Source of the DNA: Felis catus
Taxonomy: Eukaryota
Assembly (NCBI RefSeq): GCF_018350175.1
Contig: NC_058368.1
Span: 2,728,001 to 2,792,000, forward strand
Direction of reading: 5' to 3'
DNA: 64,000 bases
A program made the position numbers and the translations under genes. This document shows, piece by piece, positions 38,424-50,604 of this stretch (the stretch's first letter is position 1; every line of letters begins with the position of its first letter). The notes below the pieces were generated by a model. That model worked only from the letters and a program-made list of their open reading frames with translations, was not told the origin of the DNA and ran no database searches.

Positions 38424-39828
38424 CATCATCTATCTGTCTATAGATGGTTGGTATGTAGTCGACTCACATACACCCCCAAGCTAAGAGGCAGGTGCCAGAT
38501 GGCTTGAATTGAATCACATCTCTGCCCTTCGGTAATGTTATTGAACCTTTCTGTGCCTCAGCTTCTTGCCTTGCAGGTTCTCATGAGGCTGAAACGCACT
38601 AGTCTCCATAAAGCTCCCAGAGCGTCACTTGGTGCATGAGAAGAGGTCAACTGTGGTCACGCTCATATTAAAGGACTTCTGATGGCCATTCCTGCCTGTC
38701 CTCCCAGCTCCTCCCACTGACGATGCATAGGGTCTGCTTGGAGCTCTCAGATCATTTTTACTTTCAGAAATGGAAAGAGGACAAGTGTGTGTAAAGCAGG
38801 GAGTGGGTTGGGGAGTGGAGTGGGGCTTGTAGTGTTGACCTGGCTCAATACAGACATTCACTGCATTCCAGAACTGTGCTTGGTTCCAGGGATGCAAAGG
38901 TGAGTATTTCATGGTCCCTGGGCTGGTGCACTCATGGCTGAATCCTTCTTGTTATACTTTTCTCATTTCTTCCTCCATAGATTCACATACATATTTAGAT
39001 GACCTTTAACACGGAAATACTTCTGAATAATTTGTTGGCTTATCATTAGATGAATTAGCTCAGTCCAGTCCCTTTCTTACAACGCAGTGACACAAAGGCA
39101 TAGGGAATTTTGACCAGGAAGAGTGTAAGTACTAATTTTGGAAGGGGGGTCTGAACAGAAGCAAGTGACCCTAGAATAGAGACATTCAGAAAAAGACACA
39201 GAGAACTGGCAAAGTCAAAGTACATCTGTCCTGAGCAGAGCATGAAAGAACAAAGACACTTTTTCCTACCTGGTCTTACTTTTTAGTCCCCACCGATTCC
39301 CTAGTCTTGAGACCTAGAACTTTTAATACAACAATTTTCCTACTTTATGGGTCAAATAAGCTTTTGCTGTGTAGCCTAAGAAAATAAATCTCAGTGATTT
39401 ATTCTAACCTCTTGAGGTAGCTCTAGGCTTTGTATGTCTTCCCTACCTGGCTTCTGCTTTTCCCTCCTCCCTGCCACAATGTTCTATGTCAAAACCAAGG
39501 AAACTGTTGGCTAAAGTTCTGGCTGGATTCTGGTGGTTAAGAGCTCTTGGGAGCCCATGGAACATTCTTGTTGACATCATCCTCTCTTGGAAGCAGGTAA
39601 CAGGGTCTGTGCTTTTTTAGCTCTTGGCCCTTGTACAGATATTTTGACTCCCACATAGATGTGGAGCGGACAGGCCTAGGTCTTCCTGCCATTTTGGAGG
39701 GGCTCTTCCCCCACCCCGACCCCCCCTGAGAAGTCCTAGGTTTGGGCAACATAGGCTAGTTCTGCTATAGGTCTTGGGGACAAATATGCAATTTTCTTTG
39801 CTCCTTTATTCTGAAGAGGAGTGAGCAC

Positions 39829-40229
39829 TGAGATGAACAGAATTGTGGCCTACTCTCCCCCCACGGCTCCCCAATTCAGGTGTTGAAATCCTCACCCCTG
39901 GTACCTCAGGATGTGACCTTATTTGGAGATGGGGCCTTTGAGAGGTATTTAAGGTAGAATGAGGTCTTTAAAGTGGGTTCTAATCCAGTACAACCGCTGT
40001 CCTTATAAGAAGAGGAAATATGGATACAAACACAGAGGGAAGACAACACGAAGACAAAGGAGGCGGATGACCGTCCCCAAGTCAAGGGGACAGGTTTCAG
40101 GGGGAGCCAACCTTGCGGACACCTTGATCTTGGACCCCCAGCCTCCAGAACTGTGAGACAGTAGGTTTCTGCCGTTTAAGCCCCGCAGTGTGTGGCACTT
40201 TGTTACGGCGGGCTGCGCAAACAAATACC
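39829..40229 (+). mobile_element. MaLR solo LTR (MLT1A/B-like)
   Basis: GTACCTCAGGATGTGACCTTATTTGGAGATGGGG, CCTTATAAGAAGAGGAAA, CACCTTGATCTTGGAC...CCAGCCTCCAGAACTGTGAGAC; TSD AGCAC/AGTGC. Confidence 0.9.
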
Positions 40230-41867
40230 AGTGCTGTCCCTGCTGGCTCCAAAAAGACCTGGATCCGTGTGTCCTCTAAGGGCAGAGTCAGAAATAAAGA
40301 GGCTTCCAGTCTAGCCTTGGGCTCCGGGCCTCTTTCATTAGAGGGAGTCCTGCTGGTCCACGTATGGTCTGATTTAAGTCAGCAGACCCAGGGCGTGGCC
40401 TGTAGGTACCTACCAGGGTGCCCTCATCCTGCCCCCCTTTCCCTGCCCTCTGCCCCAGCAGAAGGAACCTGCCGCCACTCAGGTAAGCGACTCATCAAGG
40501 ACTGGGATTCCGGCCAAATACCCTTCTGACTCGTCAGACAGCTAACACTACCTGTCACTTAGAACTTGGCCTCCATGGGAAAATATGCTCTGCCTTCCCA
40601 ACAACAATTTGAAAGTGCGTTTTTGGATCGCGACTTGTTTAAATTGAGGACTGCCAATATTTGTAGATTTCTTATCAACGTCCAAACTGTATATACTTTT
40701 TACTGACACACCATAGACTTCGACCTTTTCGCTAATGGAGACCAGTCTTTCCAAAGTTAGTACGCCTTGCTGTACTTCTTTGTCAAGTTGAGTAAGTTGT
40801 TCCAGAGGATTTTGGAGATATGACTAATGAGCCCGAGAAGCCCTTTTCTTTTATGGAACTAGACATCCCTAACAATCAGAAAGGATAGGAAATGTTAGTT
40901 TTCAGTATTTGAGATGCTGTCTTTTATTTACATGAAAACATTCACTTTGAAACATGGAATGCCGGTTCCACGAAAACAATGTTTTTCTTCAGGACTTGCC
41001 ATGAAACATTCTGTTCTCTTGCAGCATTCTTCAGTATCACACTGAAATATGATTAAAATACTTTAAAAGTGCATTAAACGAGTTCGACCAATGTTGGTTA
41101 AAGGCTGACAGGTAGGTTAATATTTTTGATCTCATAACTATCAGATCCTGCTTCAGGTTTGACAAAAATGATCAGAAAAGCATTTACTCAATGCTCACTC
41201 TGTTCCCAGCACTGAGCTGGGAGAAAGGAAGTTCTGCGCCTGCCCTCAAGGAACTGATACTTTAGTAGATCTGATTCATAGTCATTGAAGAAACTCCCTT
41301 TTGTGCTGATTGGTTCTGAAAATGAAGCAGAGTCATATGCCAAATACTGGGCGTATGATTCAGTGTTTCATACGTGTTGGCTCTGATGACCTTGATTATA
41401 AAAAAAATAGCAAAGCAAACCAAACAAACAGTGATCTACTTTGTCTTTTGATTTGCTTTATCTCGTAGTCAGCTTTAGGGCAATGCCTGCAAAGTAATGT
41501 TAATTATTATAGAAGTCTATAAACGCCTTCCCGAGTGTTTTATGACTACAGCATCGCCTTTTCTACCCAGGGATAAAAATACACAGTCGCTCCCCCTGGG
41601 AAACAACATTGCACTTTGCAATTCAGATTTTATGTTTCGCTGCCTTCTTCACAGCTCTGCCAGTATGTTCCTCTTCTCTGGGTTTTAGGACTCAGGTCTG
41701 AGGTTTTTGAGCACCCCTGCCCCACCTTCCTGCCAGCATTCGCTCAATTATCCATTGACTTTTCAAGTGAAGGTCGGCCTCAAGAGTCAGGACTTTTGGA
41801 TATCGCTTCACTTATATTTTTGCAGCTTAGGGGCACGGGTTTACTGCAAAAAGTGGACAACCGCACT

Positions 41868-42087
41868 GGGGTGCCCGGGTGGCTCATTCGGTTGAACGTC
41901 TGACTTTGGCTCAGGTCATGATCTCACAGTTCGTGGGTTCGAGCCCCACCTTGGGCTCTGTGATGGCGGCTCGGAGCCTGGAGCTCGGAGCCTGCTTCTG
42001 ATTCTGTGTCTTTCTCTCTCTCTCTGCCCCTCCCCTGCTCATGCTCTGTCTCTCAAAAATAAATAAATGTTAAAAAAGTAAAAAAAC
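41868..42087 (+). mobile_element. Can-SINE, SINEC_Fc-like
   Basis: GGGGTGCCCGGGTGGCTCATTCGG head, A tail; TSD AAAGTGGACAACC(G/A)CAC at 41850-41866 and 42088-42104. Confidence 0.95.
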
Positions 42088-44404
42088 AAAGTGGACAACC
42101 ACACCTTAATGCTGAGGCCCGGAAGAGGGCCAAGAAGCAAGAGGTTCACTGATGGGAACGCCCTTGTTCCCTTTCTTCGTGGCCTCCTGTGCCATTATGG
42201 CTGGAGGAAGGGCTGGAGGCGAGGAGGTAAACATTTGAGAGATGCCTGTCTTGTAAGAATAAATTCTATCCTATTTAAGAATGGCCTTGCCACAGCCTCC
42301 TCCGATTCTAGCAGCTGACTGCCCCCTCCGATGGACAGGGCATGACCTCAGGCGTGGCTTTCTACTGTGACCACACTCCAATCCCAGCTCCCACACTGTC
42401 ATGCCAGGCTGGGACATCCAGACGCGGCTCCCTCCTCTTCTTTCATCGGCAGGGATTTCTCCCGCAGCTGGACCACATCCGGGCCTGTTGGATGGCCAGA
42501 CGGGACGTGTTTTCTACTATCAACTCCCGCTATCGAGGACAGACGTGCATCCTGAAATTTAGGTCCATCTCAACTGCGATGGTCACCGGACACTCGATAA
42601 ACTCGGCACTTCAGTGGCAGGAAAAAAAAAAAAAAAATCTCACTTTCCCAGCTTCTTCTCCAGGCAAGCCTGATCATGGAATCAGAGCCCCTGCTTGACT
42701 TTTTCTTTAGCGTTGAAACTCTTCGATTAAATACGGATTCGGTTTTCACCCCATTGGAGAAGAGAGCACTTGTATCTTTTTTTACGTGCTGGAGAACATG
42801 TTCACCTAACAAAGGAAACAGACTCAAATCTCACTGGATCAGCTCACAAGAAGGTGAGGATAGAAATATAGAAGGATGCTATATCACAGGGAGAATTTTT
42901 ACAAGAAATCCTAAGAGCTAGAGAGACAGGAGGGTTTCAGGTATTTTCACCCCTCGCTGGGTGGGCAGGGCTAGCTGTGGGTTCGTCTGTGTCAGAGGCG
43001 AAGGTACTCTCGGGAGGAAAAGCCCCAGATCTGGCCCTTGTCTCCGGACACGGAGTCAGGAGGACCCGGGGAAATCCACTTCCTTTTCTCACTAAGATAC
43101 ACAGGGGTTGGCTGACCTCTAGGGTCTCTTTAAGCACGAACGGTCAGCCTCATTTTCCCAGGAGGCCCTCCTGATTGTCCTTGTCTGGGTCGATGCCCTT
43201 CTCTGCGTGGAAGCATGAGCCACACTTGCATGTCTCACGGCTGTCACCGGGGAGGTAAGTGTGACCGTGACCGCCCCGTCAGGGCAGCCCCTGTGCCCTC
43301 CTGTCTTCCTCCCAGAAAGCAGGCCAGCATTAGTATATGGTGAGATGATGCCCAGTGGGTATTTGTGAGACCGATGGAGAGAGAGGAAGGAAGAGGAAAC
43401 AAACGGAAGTGAGGAAGAAAAGAGGGAAGGGCGGAAGGAAGGAAGGGAGGTGGGGAAGGGTGCTTGGTATTCTGTGCCTCAAAACTCTTCCCGCAGCAAG
43501 CTTGGGGAGTGTGGTCCCCAGAAGGTCCTTGTTCCCAGATTTTTTCTTCTTCCAACCCCTCACTCCAATTTCCTCTTTCCTGTATTTTAAGTCTTAGTGT
43601 CCCTCATTACAGAAGAGCAATTTGTTCTAACGTGAGTCATCGTGTTGAGCCTTTCAGGAAACGTGTTCATTTTAACTGGACTTCCCGAGGATAATACCTG
43701 CAAGTGAGAAATCGGGGCTGGAAAGGCAGCCAGTCAGGAGAAAGGCAGGGCCCCGCAATCGAGATTGCACGAGTCGCTTCCCACTGCAAATGCTCTCAGG
43801 GCCCATGTTACAAAAGAGCTTTTATTTTGCCCAGTTGGGCAGAGAAAATATGGACTCACCAGACAGTGCTTGTGGTGGGGGAGCCAGTGGCTGTGAGCAG
43901 AAGGCTTGGCGGCCCTTTCAGGTTAAGGCAGTGAAGAACAGAGGTGTCTCTCTGGCCTACCGCTTGTCCCCCCTTCGGTGGACCGGAGGCCAAGTGTTCT
44001 AGAGAGATGCGAGGGGCTGGCTTTGCCAAATTGTGCCAAATAAGCATTCATGGGCTGATGAGATTTGGGGATTTGCCTTGTTGGAAGTCAGTATTAATTT
44101 CCCAGACTAACACACCCATTCTGCAACTAACCAAACAAAATATTAAGAACGCCTTTATATGCAAGCAAGGTTTCTAAAGTTTTGGACGATGGATTCCTGT
44201 TCAGAAGGTAGATGTAAGTTTGCATGTTTCTTCACGGGGAGGGCAATATTTCTTCTCCACTGGGAAATGAGTACCAAAGTTGGAGAAACCAACCACTTGG
44301 AAATCGACCCATTTGTAAAATGGTAAGATGCTACACAGTCCGAAAGTACGATTTTGTATCAAGTTGGCAAAGACTGCCATGATTCCTTTGAGCATCGTGA
44401 AATG

Positions 44405-44444
44405 GTCGCTTCTTGGCCTTTTGGCTAAGCTCAAGTGTGTAGTA
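44405..44444 (+). pseudogene. 3'-truncated U2 snRNA retrocopy (about nt 1-38)
   Basis: GTCGCTTCTTGGCCTTTTGGCTAAGCTCAAGTGTGTAGTA versus U2 ATCGCTTCTCGGCCTTTTGGCTAAGATCAAGTGTAGTA: 3 substitutions and a 2-nt insertion. Confidence 0.88.
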
Positions 44445-45294
44445 AAGGGACTTCGTTACCCACGTGCTATCTCATGCTTAAAACATGCTATATGTCATCT
44501 CATTTCATAGTCTCAAGTGCGATTTATGCTTGTCAGTCTACACAAGGCTGGGTGCTGGGTGGTGTACTAGTGGAATGTCTGAGAGCAAATCCTGATTTTG
44601 CCGGTTCCAGTTCTGAGTTGGGGGCCAGGGTAGGAGAAGGGAAGGCACAATGTATCTCACGTTACTGTCCTCTCCCCATTCCGGGCCTGTTGTACCTTTG
44701 CCACTGGAGACAGAGGGGTTCCGGGAGGCAGGGAAGAGAATTTCTCACTCAAAATGGCATCCAGACTGTTCTGGACTTGGGTTTGAGGGTGTAGACACCC
44801 CGTAACAAGAGATTTGGGACCTCAGCCCACTTTTGCCTGAGGATGCCATCCAGCCGAGCTCGGCACACTCGTGTGAGAGTACGTAGCACATGGCACAAAA
44901 CATGAGCAGTCACGGGCAAGAATGGAGTAAGCTCTTCTGAGAACTTTAACTGTAGGCAAAGGTGTGGGGATAGAGTTCAGGAATTCAACTGGTGCCTAAT
45001 CCAAAACATTCATAGCGTATCAACACATACATAGGGAATATTGTGGATTAAAAACACAGCATTCGTTATGAGTTTTGAAACTAAAACATTGCCTGAAGTG
45101 ACAATTAGTGTTTTTATTTTTGCTTGCCATCAGCCCCCTTAAAGGTGTGTCCCCAGACTCCAGGCTATCTGTTCATTGTTCTTTGGGGTTGGGGCACTTT
45201 GATGGAAGTATTTGGGTATCTCCAAGGGTCAGAAGGGTCTCAGATGCTTAGATTTTTATCTGGGCAGTACTCGTCTCTGTGCTGTATAGAGCTT

Positions 45295-45430
45295 TAAGAA
45301 AAACTTTATTTAAGTGTTTAATAAAATACTTTATTTTTAACATTTTAATTTTCTATTTATTTAATATTTTTATATTTTTCATTTTATGTGGATTTAATAT
45401 TTTAATTTTAAATACAAATATTTAAAATAG
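45295..45430. repeat. AT-rich low-complexity tract
   Basis: Almost entirely A/T. Confidence 0.8.
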
Positions 45431-47969
45431 TCTATGGATTTGCTTGTAAGAGCTCTTCAAATACCTACTGAACATGTGAAAATAAGCGGTGGTTCTTAAT
45501 GATCCTGAGAATTAGAAAATGATTATTGTAATGGGTCAAATGTGTTACAAGTCCCGAGGAAAAGGTCCATTTCTTTGGAATAAAGACGCTATGTGGGAGC
45601 TGAGTTTAGTCAGAGGACGTCTGTTTTCAGTGGTGGGTTTTCTGCAAGTAACTTTGGGACATACAAGCTCTGGAGTCTGGGCTACGGAAATGAGGGGTCA
45701 CGGAAGTGCAGGGAGCTTTCCTGGGGAGCCCTTTTCGTGAAATCCAAGGAAACCAGCAACTTTACTGGAGACCTGGGTTTCGTGCTCTGCTACGCCCCCT
45801 CTGGGCCCTCTGAGAATCTCAGCGGCAGAAGCTTCTTGGCCCACAGCGGTGGGCGCAGGCCGGCAGGGTGGGGTGCCTCCGTTCCCGTATCAGGGCGCTC
45901 ACGTCGGGCCCCGGACTCGTAGAATCTGACCGACAGTGCCTCCTGTTGATGTGACAACTAACAGTTCACAAAGTAATGTACGTTACAATCAGGATGGTAG
46001 ACCGGAAGGAATGTTAGAAATCCTCTAACATGAAGGATATTGAGAACGCCAAGGATGCTCGTGGCCTTCCTGTTGCAGGTCCAGAGGGGGGCCGGGGTGA
46101 CTGACCCAAGATCTCACGGTGGTGCAGTATGCCTGGGACTGGAACCGAGAGGTCTTCCGAGTCCAGCCGGGGAGCTTTCCTGCTCCCCACGGGACCTCAG
46201 TGCACCTCGTGGGTCAATGTGTCTTTGCCTCGGGGACAGGGGCCACTGGTTGCCTTGCTGGCGGGGCCGGCCCTTCCAACCACTCTTCCCGGTAGGAGGG
46301 CAGGTCAGTCATCTAATTAAGAACCTCTCCAAGGGACAGAAAAACAGGAGGCATGAGCATCCTGTCTAAGCCACACGTCCGGTAAGTGACAAAAGTGAGA
46401 TCGAATGCAGTCGCCCCGGCCTTGAGATCCTTCTACCCATGCTGCCTCAGTGCCCAGAACCCGGCCGTGGTCACGGCTGCCCGAAGCCTGCTGAGCACGC
46501 TTACGGCAGCTGGAAGGAAGCCTTTCGTACAAATGGAGGAACATCTAATCACGGATGAAAGATTAAGAAAAGACAGAATTTTGGGGGGTCTGTTATTCAT
46601 ACAACAAAAGAGCAATTTCCTTGCGTCGTCTGGGCAAGGATAGTGGAGTTTGCAACAGGCTTTGCGGGAGGAAGGAACACATTTTGTCACTTATCGCCTT
46701 TGGCCCACCATCTCGCCACCTGCTGACTTTAAGAAGAATTTGACTGAAGATGATGATTAACGTAATGGCCGATGCCATGACTTCCGTCCTTTTTGGGTGA
46801 AATTTGATCGTTCGGCTTCACATTCTTTCTCCTCACCTGCTCTGGAAGCAAATTGAATTCTTTGACAGAGAGTTCCGTTGAGACCAGGACACCCACAGAA
46901 CCAGCCTCTACCCCTCCTCTTAAAACCTAAGGGGCTCCTCTTAGCCGCAAATGCTTCTCTCCTGGTTTGTTTACATTGCACGGTTTATTCCATTAAGGTC
47001 CCATTTCAGGTGCTTGGTGAAACCCAGATGGCTCGAGCCTGGCTGTCCTGAAAAATCTAAGCGCCCGCAAGTAAACAATTTCTTACTCTAACTTCCTCAA
47101 GGATTCGTTTTCGAGTTCACTGGAAACTCTGCTTGTGGAGAACTTAGCAACCTTGAAACGAGCCGGATGTTCTTTTCCGGCCTGGCCCGTCTGAGCCAGG
47201 CATCTGCGTGCTAATCTCACTCCCCGGCCGGTGGGGGCTCGGTGCAGGCCGGGAAGCTCACCCCCCACGCCTCCTCCCTCCGCTCTCCGCCACTGCTAAG
47301 TTCCCTGCTCCGGCCGCAGCTGCCTGGGAACTCAACCAATAAAATACCCAAATAGCTGCGCCCCACCCTCCCCACCACCATTTTTTTAATAGTGCCTTTT
47401 AATACGTACACAGCACATAAATGACACTCTCTGCCTTAGAGACCGTCTAGTTACAGGGTTTTGAAATACGTGAGACTCATAGGTTTCATTTCATGGTTGA
47501 GTAAACTGAGGCCCAGGGAGGTTAGGTGATAGGTCTAAGAACCCCAAATCAGTGAATGGAGTTCACTGGAGCAGAGGGGGAGTCCCAGGGTAGTTCAGTC
47601 CAGAACACCTCTAGCTGTGGTCTTAGCTGTGGCTTAGCTACACGCACAGGGCTCATGGCCTCACGCCTTCTTTCTTTCAAGGACAAACTCAACTTCGTCT
47701 TTGCCATGACTCTGAGCTACTGGAATCCTTCCCGTTTTGAATTTCTTTTGCGCTTACGGTCTATGTCATACGCGTGAACAGAAAATGATTCTTATGTTGT
47801 TGCGGGCTATTGGTTTTCTCCTCCCAGGTAACGCGAACGGACTATAGGGAAGGGATCTCGTCGCGTACTTCGGTGTTCAGGGTGAAGCAGGGATGGTGTT
47901 TACAACAATTTTGGTTCATTGAGTAACTGATTGATTAACATGTATGCTTTGGCTACTGTCCCTGTTTTA

Positions 47970-48288
47970 TTTTTAAAAAAAATTTTAATGTTTATCTATT
48001 CTTGAGAGAGAGAGAGAGAGAGAGAACGTGTGTAAGCGGCAGAGGGGGCAGAGGGAATCTTTTTTTTTTAAAGTTTTTTACTTTTTTACATTTTATTTAT
48101 TTTTGATAGGCAGAGAGAGAGAGACAGAGCACAAGTGGGGGAGGGGCAGAGAGAGAGGGAGACACAGAATCCGAAGCAGGCTCCGAGCCGTCAGCACAGA
48201 GCCCGACGCGGGGCTCGAACTCACAGACTGTGAGATGGTGACCTGAGCCGAAGTCGGACGCTCAACCGACTGAGCCACCCAGGTGCGC
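47970..48288 (-). mobile_element. Composite Can-SINE: full copy (about 48060-48288) plus the 3' half of a second SINE (about 47970-48059)
   Basis: Two A-tail/CT-repeat modules but one head; one TSD pair CTACTGTCCC(TG/CA)TTTTA at 47953-47969 and 48289-48305. Confidence 0.9.
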
Positions 48289-49289
48289 CTACTGTCCCCA
48301 TTTTAAATCCAGAGTTCTCTCAACCACTCGCGGTCTACTGAACTTGCCATACAGGCATGACCCTTGCTTCATTCTGTCTCAGATGCTTTTCTCGTTGACT
48401 TGTCCCTTAAAGATCTACTCGATGCCACGACACCTTTGTAGGAAAAATAACTTGTTATCTCCTCTGTGCCCATATAGGCTCCCAGCCCCGGCTATCCCCT
48501 GAGTCTAGAATTTGCCTTCTTGCGTTAAGGTCACTTGTTTGCACTTCTTCCTCCCCCTGCCAAGTCTGGGTGCTCCTAGAGGCCCAGGACCTGTCTTATG
48601 TGTCTTTGCACCCACCCTGCCCTGGGTCCTGACACAGTGCTTCGCATGCCTCAAAATCGTTTTTGAATGTGTGGGTAATTTAGCTTGCATTGTGAGATGT
48701 GCCAGCAGGAAGAGAGGTCACAGGACGTGGTAGGAGCTGCCCACTGGGCCCCAGCGGGGTCTGAGCACTGGCTGCCTGCGGACCACAGCACCGCCTTAGG
48801 GTGGAGGGAAGTTTCCTAACAGCGCAAGACCCAGGCCGCGTCCTCAGTGAGCTTTTCTTCTGTTGGGAAAACCTGAGTCTAGAGGCGGGTTGACCACAAC
48901 GCTAATGAAATTTAAACGATGGGAACCTCACCCGCCCACACCCCTTCCAAGGGCCTACTTAATTTGGACTTAGAATTTTGTATTTTCTTCCTTCAAGGGA
49001 GCTGATAAAAATGTAGAACTTTCGGCCGGCATGAGTGGGACCTGCTCCTGGACTGTGGTGTCCCGGGGTCTGTCCCTGGGAGGGGCACACGGTCATAGCA
49101 CCGCCTTCTAGAGCCACAGGGATGGTCAGTCCGCATGCACGGGGTCGTTCGTGAGAGGTTCTTCCTGAGGACTGGCGGATTCTCTGGTGGGTGAGATGCC
49201 CCCTTTCAGAGTTAAACCAAGGCACATCATGGGAAGAAATATAGGATTTACCCTCTGTGACATCTGCATCAAAGAAATAACCAATAAAC

Positions 49290-49490
49290 CTGCACAGCAT
49301 TTTTACATTGTTTTATATAGTTTTCAAAGTTCTTTTGTGTTCGTTATGCCATTGGATCCTTCCACAAACCCTGGAAGTTAGGCCAAGAAAGGGTCAGATC
49401 CATTAACAGGCGAGGAAACTGAGTCCAGGGTCACTCATGGAAGGTCGCAGGGCAACCAGCATCAGAGTTGAGGTAGAACTTGAGTCTCTT
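49290..49490 (-). mobile_element. MIR fragment
   Basis: CATTGGATCCTTCCACAAACCCTGGAAG...CCATTAACAGGCGAGGAAACTGAGTCCAG...AAGGTCGCAG. Confidence 0.6.
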
Positions 49491-49666
49491 GATTAACCTA
49501 CACTTTGTCTCCTTCGTGAGCTTCAGAGGGGAACAGTGTCATTAGTCGTGTGTGGAGTAGAGGAAGACAGTTTTCCCCTAAAAGCATTCTGAGTATGGGA
49601 GCTGGTCTTCCAAGGTTGGGGCGGTGATCAGACAGGAAGGGACCAAGGCAGGAAAAAGGACGTGTA

Positions 49667-49910
49667 GTGTGTGTGTGTATGCGTGTGGTGTCTGCATGCA
49701 TGTGGTGTGGTATGTGTGTGCACTGGTGTGTGGTTTGCAGTGTGTGTGTTTTGTTTGTGTGAGTGTGCATGCATATGTGAGGTGTGATGTATATATGCGT
49801 GTGGTGTGTGTGTGTGTGTGTGTGGTGTGTGTGTGTGTGTGTGTGTGTGTAAGCTGTGGTGTCTGCACACACGTAGGGGTGTATGTTCAGGTTTGGGGGT
49901 GTGTGTGCTA
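49667..49910. repeat. Degenerate and perfect (TG)n microsatellite
   Basis: Read directly; perfect core at about 49805-49850. Confidence 0.9.
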
Positions 49911-50604
49911 CCTTGGAAGACGTATTTAGGCAAAAGAGTTGTAGACCAGCTTACATCAAACCCATAGATGGAAATTTGGGGGAAAGAGAGAACCAAGTGA
50001 ATTTAAGGGGGATGGTGATGTGGTTCATGGACACATTTGGTGGGTTATTCTGAATTCAGAATTGAAAGAGGCAGCTGGAGTTTAGATATTTTTAGTAATT
50101 AATACCTTTTTAATACTTTGTTTCCCAATTTCGTGTCTCCTCCCCAAAGAAATGAAAATGCCCCCCCCCCATGCCAAGTTTGCTATGTGAAACAAGAGAG
50201 GTCACAGCCACCTTCCCAGGGGCCGAGGTGACTAAACCTGAGGCTTACTGGAAGTTCCTGTATTTTCCTGGCAAATACAAAGCACTTTAGAAATGTTTTC
50301 TAATAAATCTTCATACTCTATTCAACAACACTCAGTGTCTCTAAGCGCTGACTTTGGTGGGGGGCTCCCAGCAGCAATACAGGATTTGTCTAACTCGGGA
50401 CTACACATCTGTTACATAGGTAACATGTCATCGAGGCGGCTCAAGATAGGACCCCGGCCTATGTCTGTGAGCCCCAAATTCCAGCTACTTCTTTCCTAGG
50501 GCCACTTTACATTGTGGATGTCATATCACCATTGCTGGTGGCAACTATTTCTTCAACTCGGCTTTGTTTAATTAATTGTTTTTTTTGAAGGATAATGAAA
50601 TCCC

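Noticed and set aside
41330..41361. Pre-miRNA hairpin (GAGTCATATGCC...GGCGTATGATTC)
   Set aside because: Stem is only about 12 bp with wobble pairs and matches no mature miRNA I recognise.
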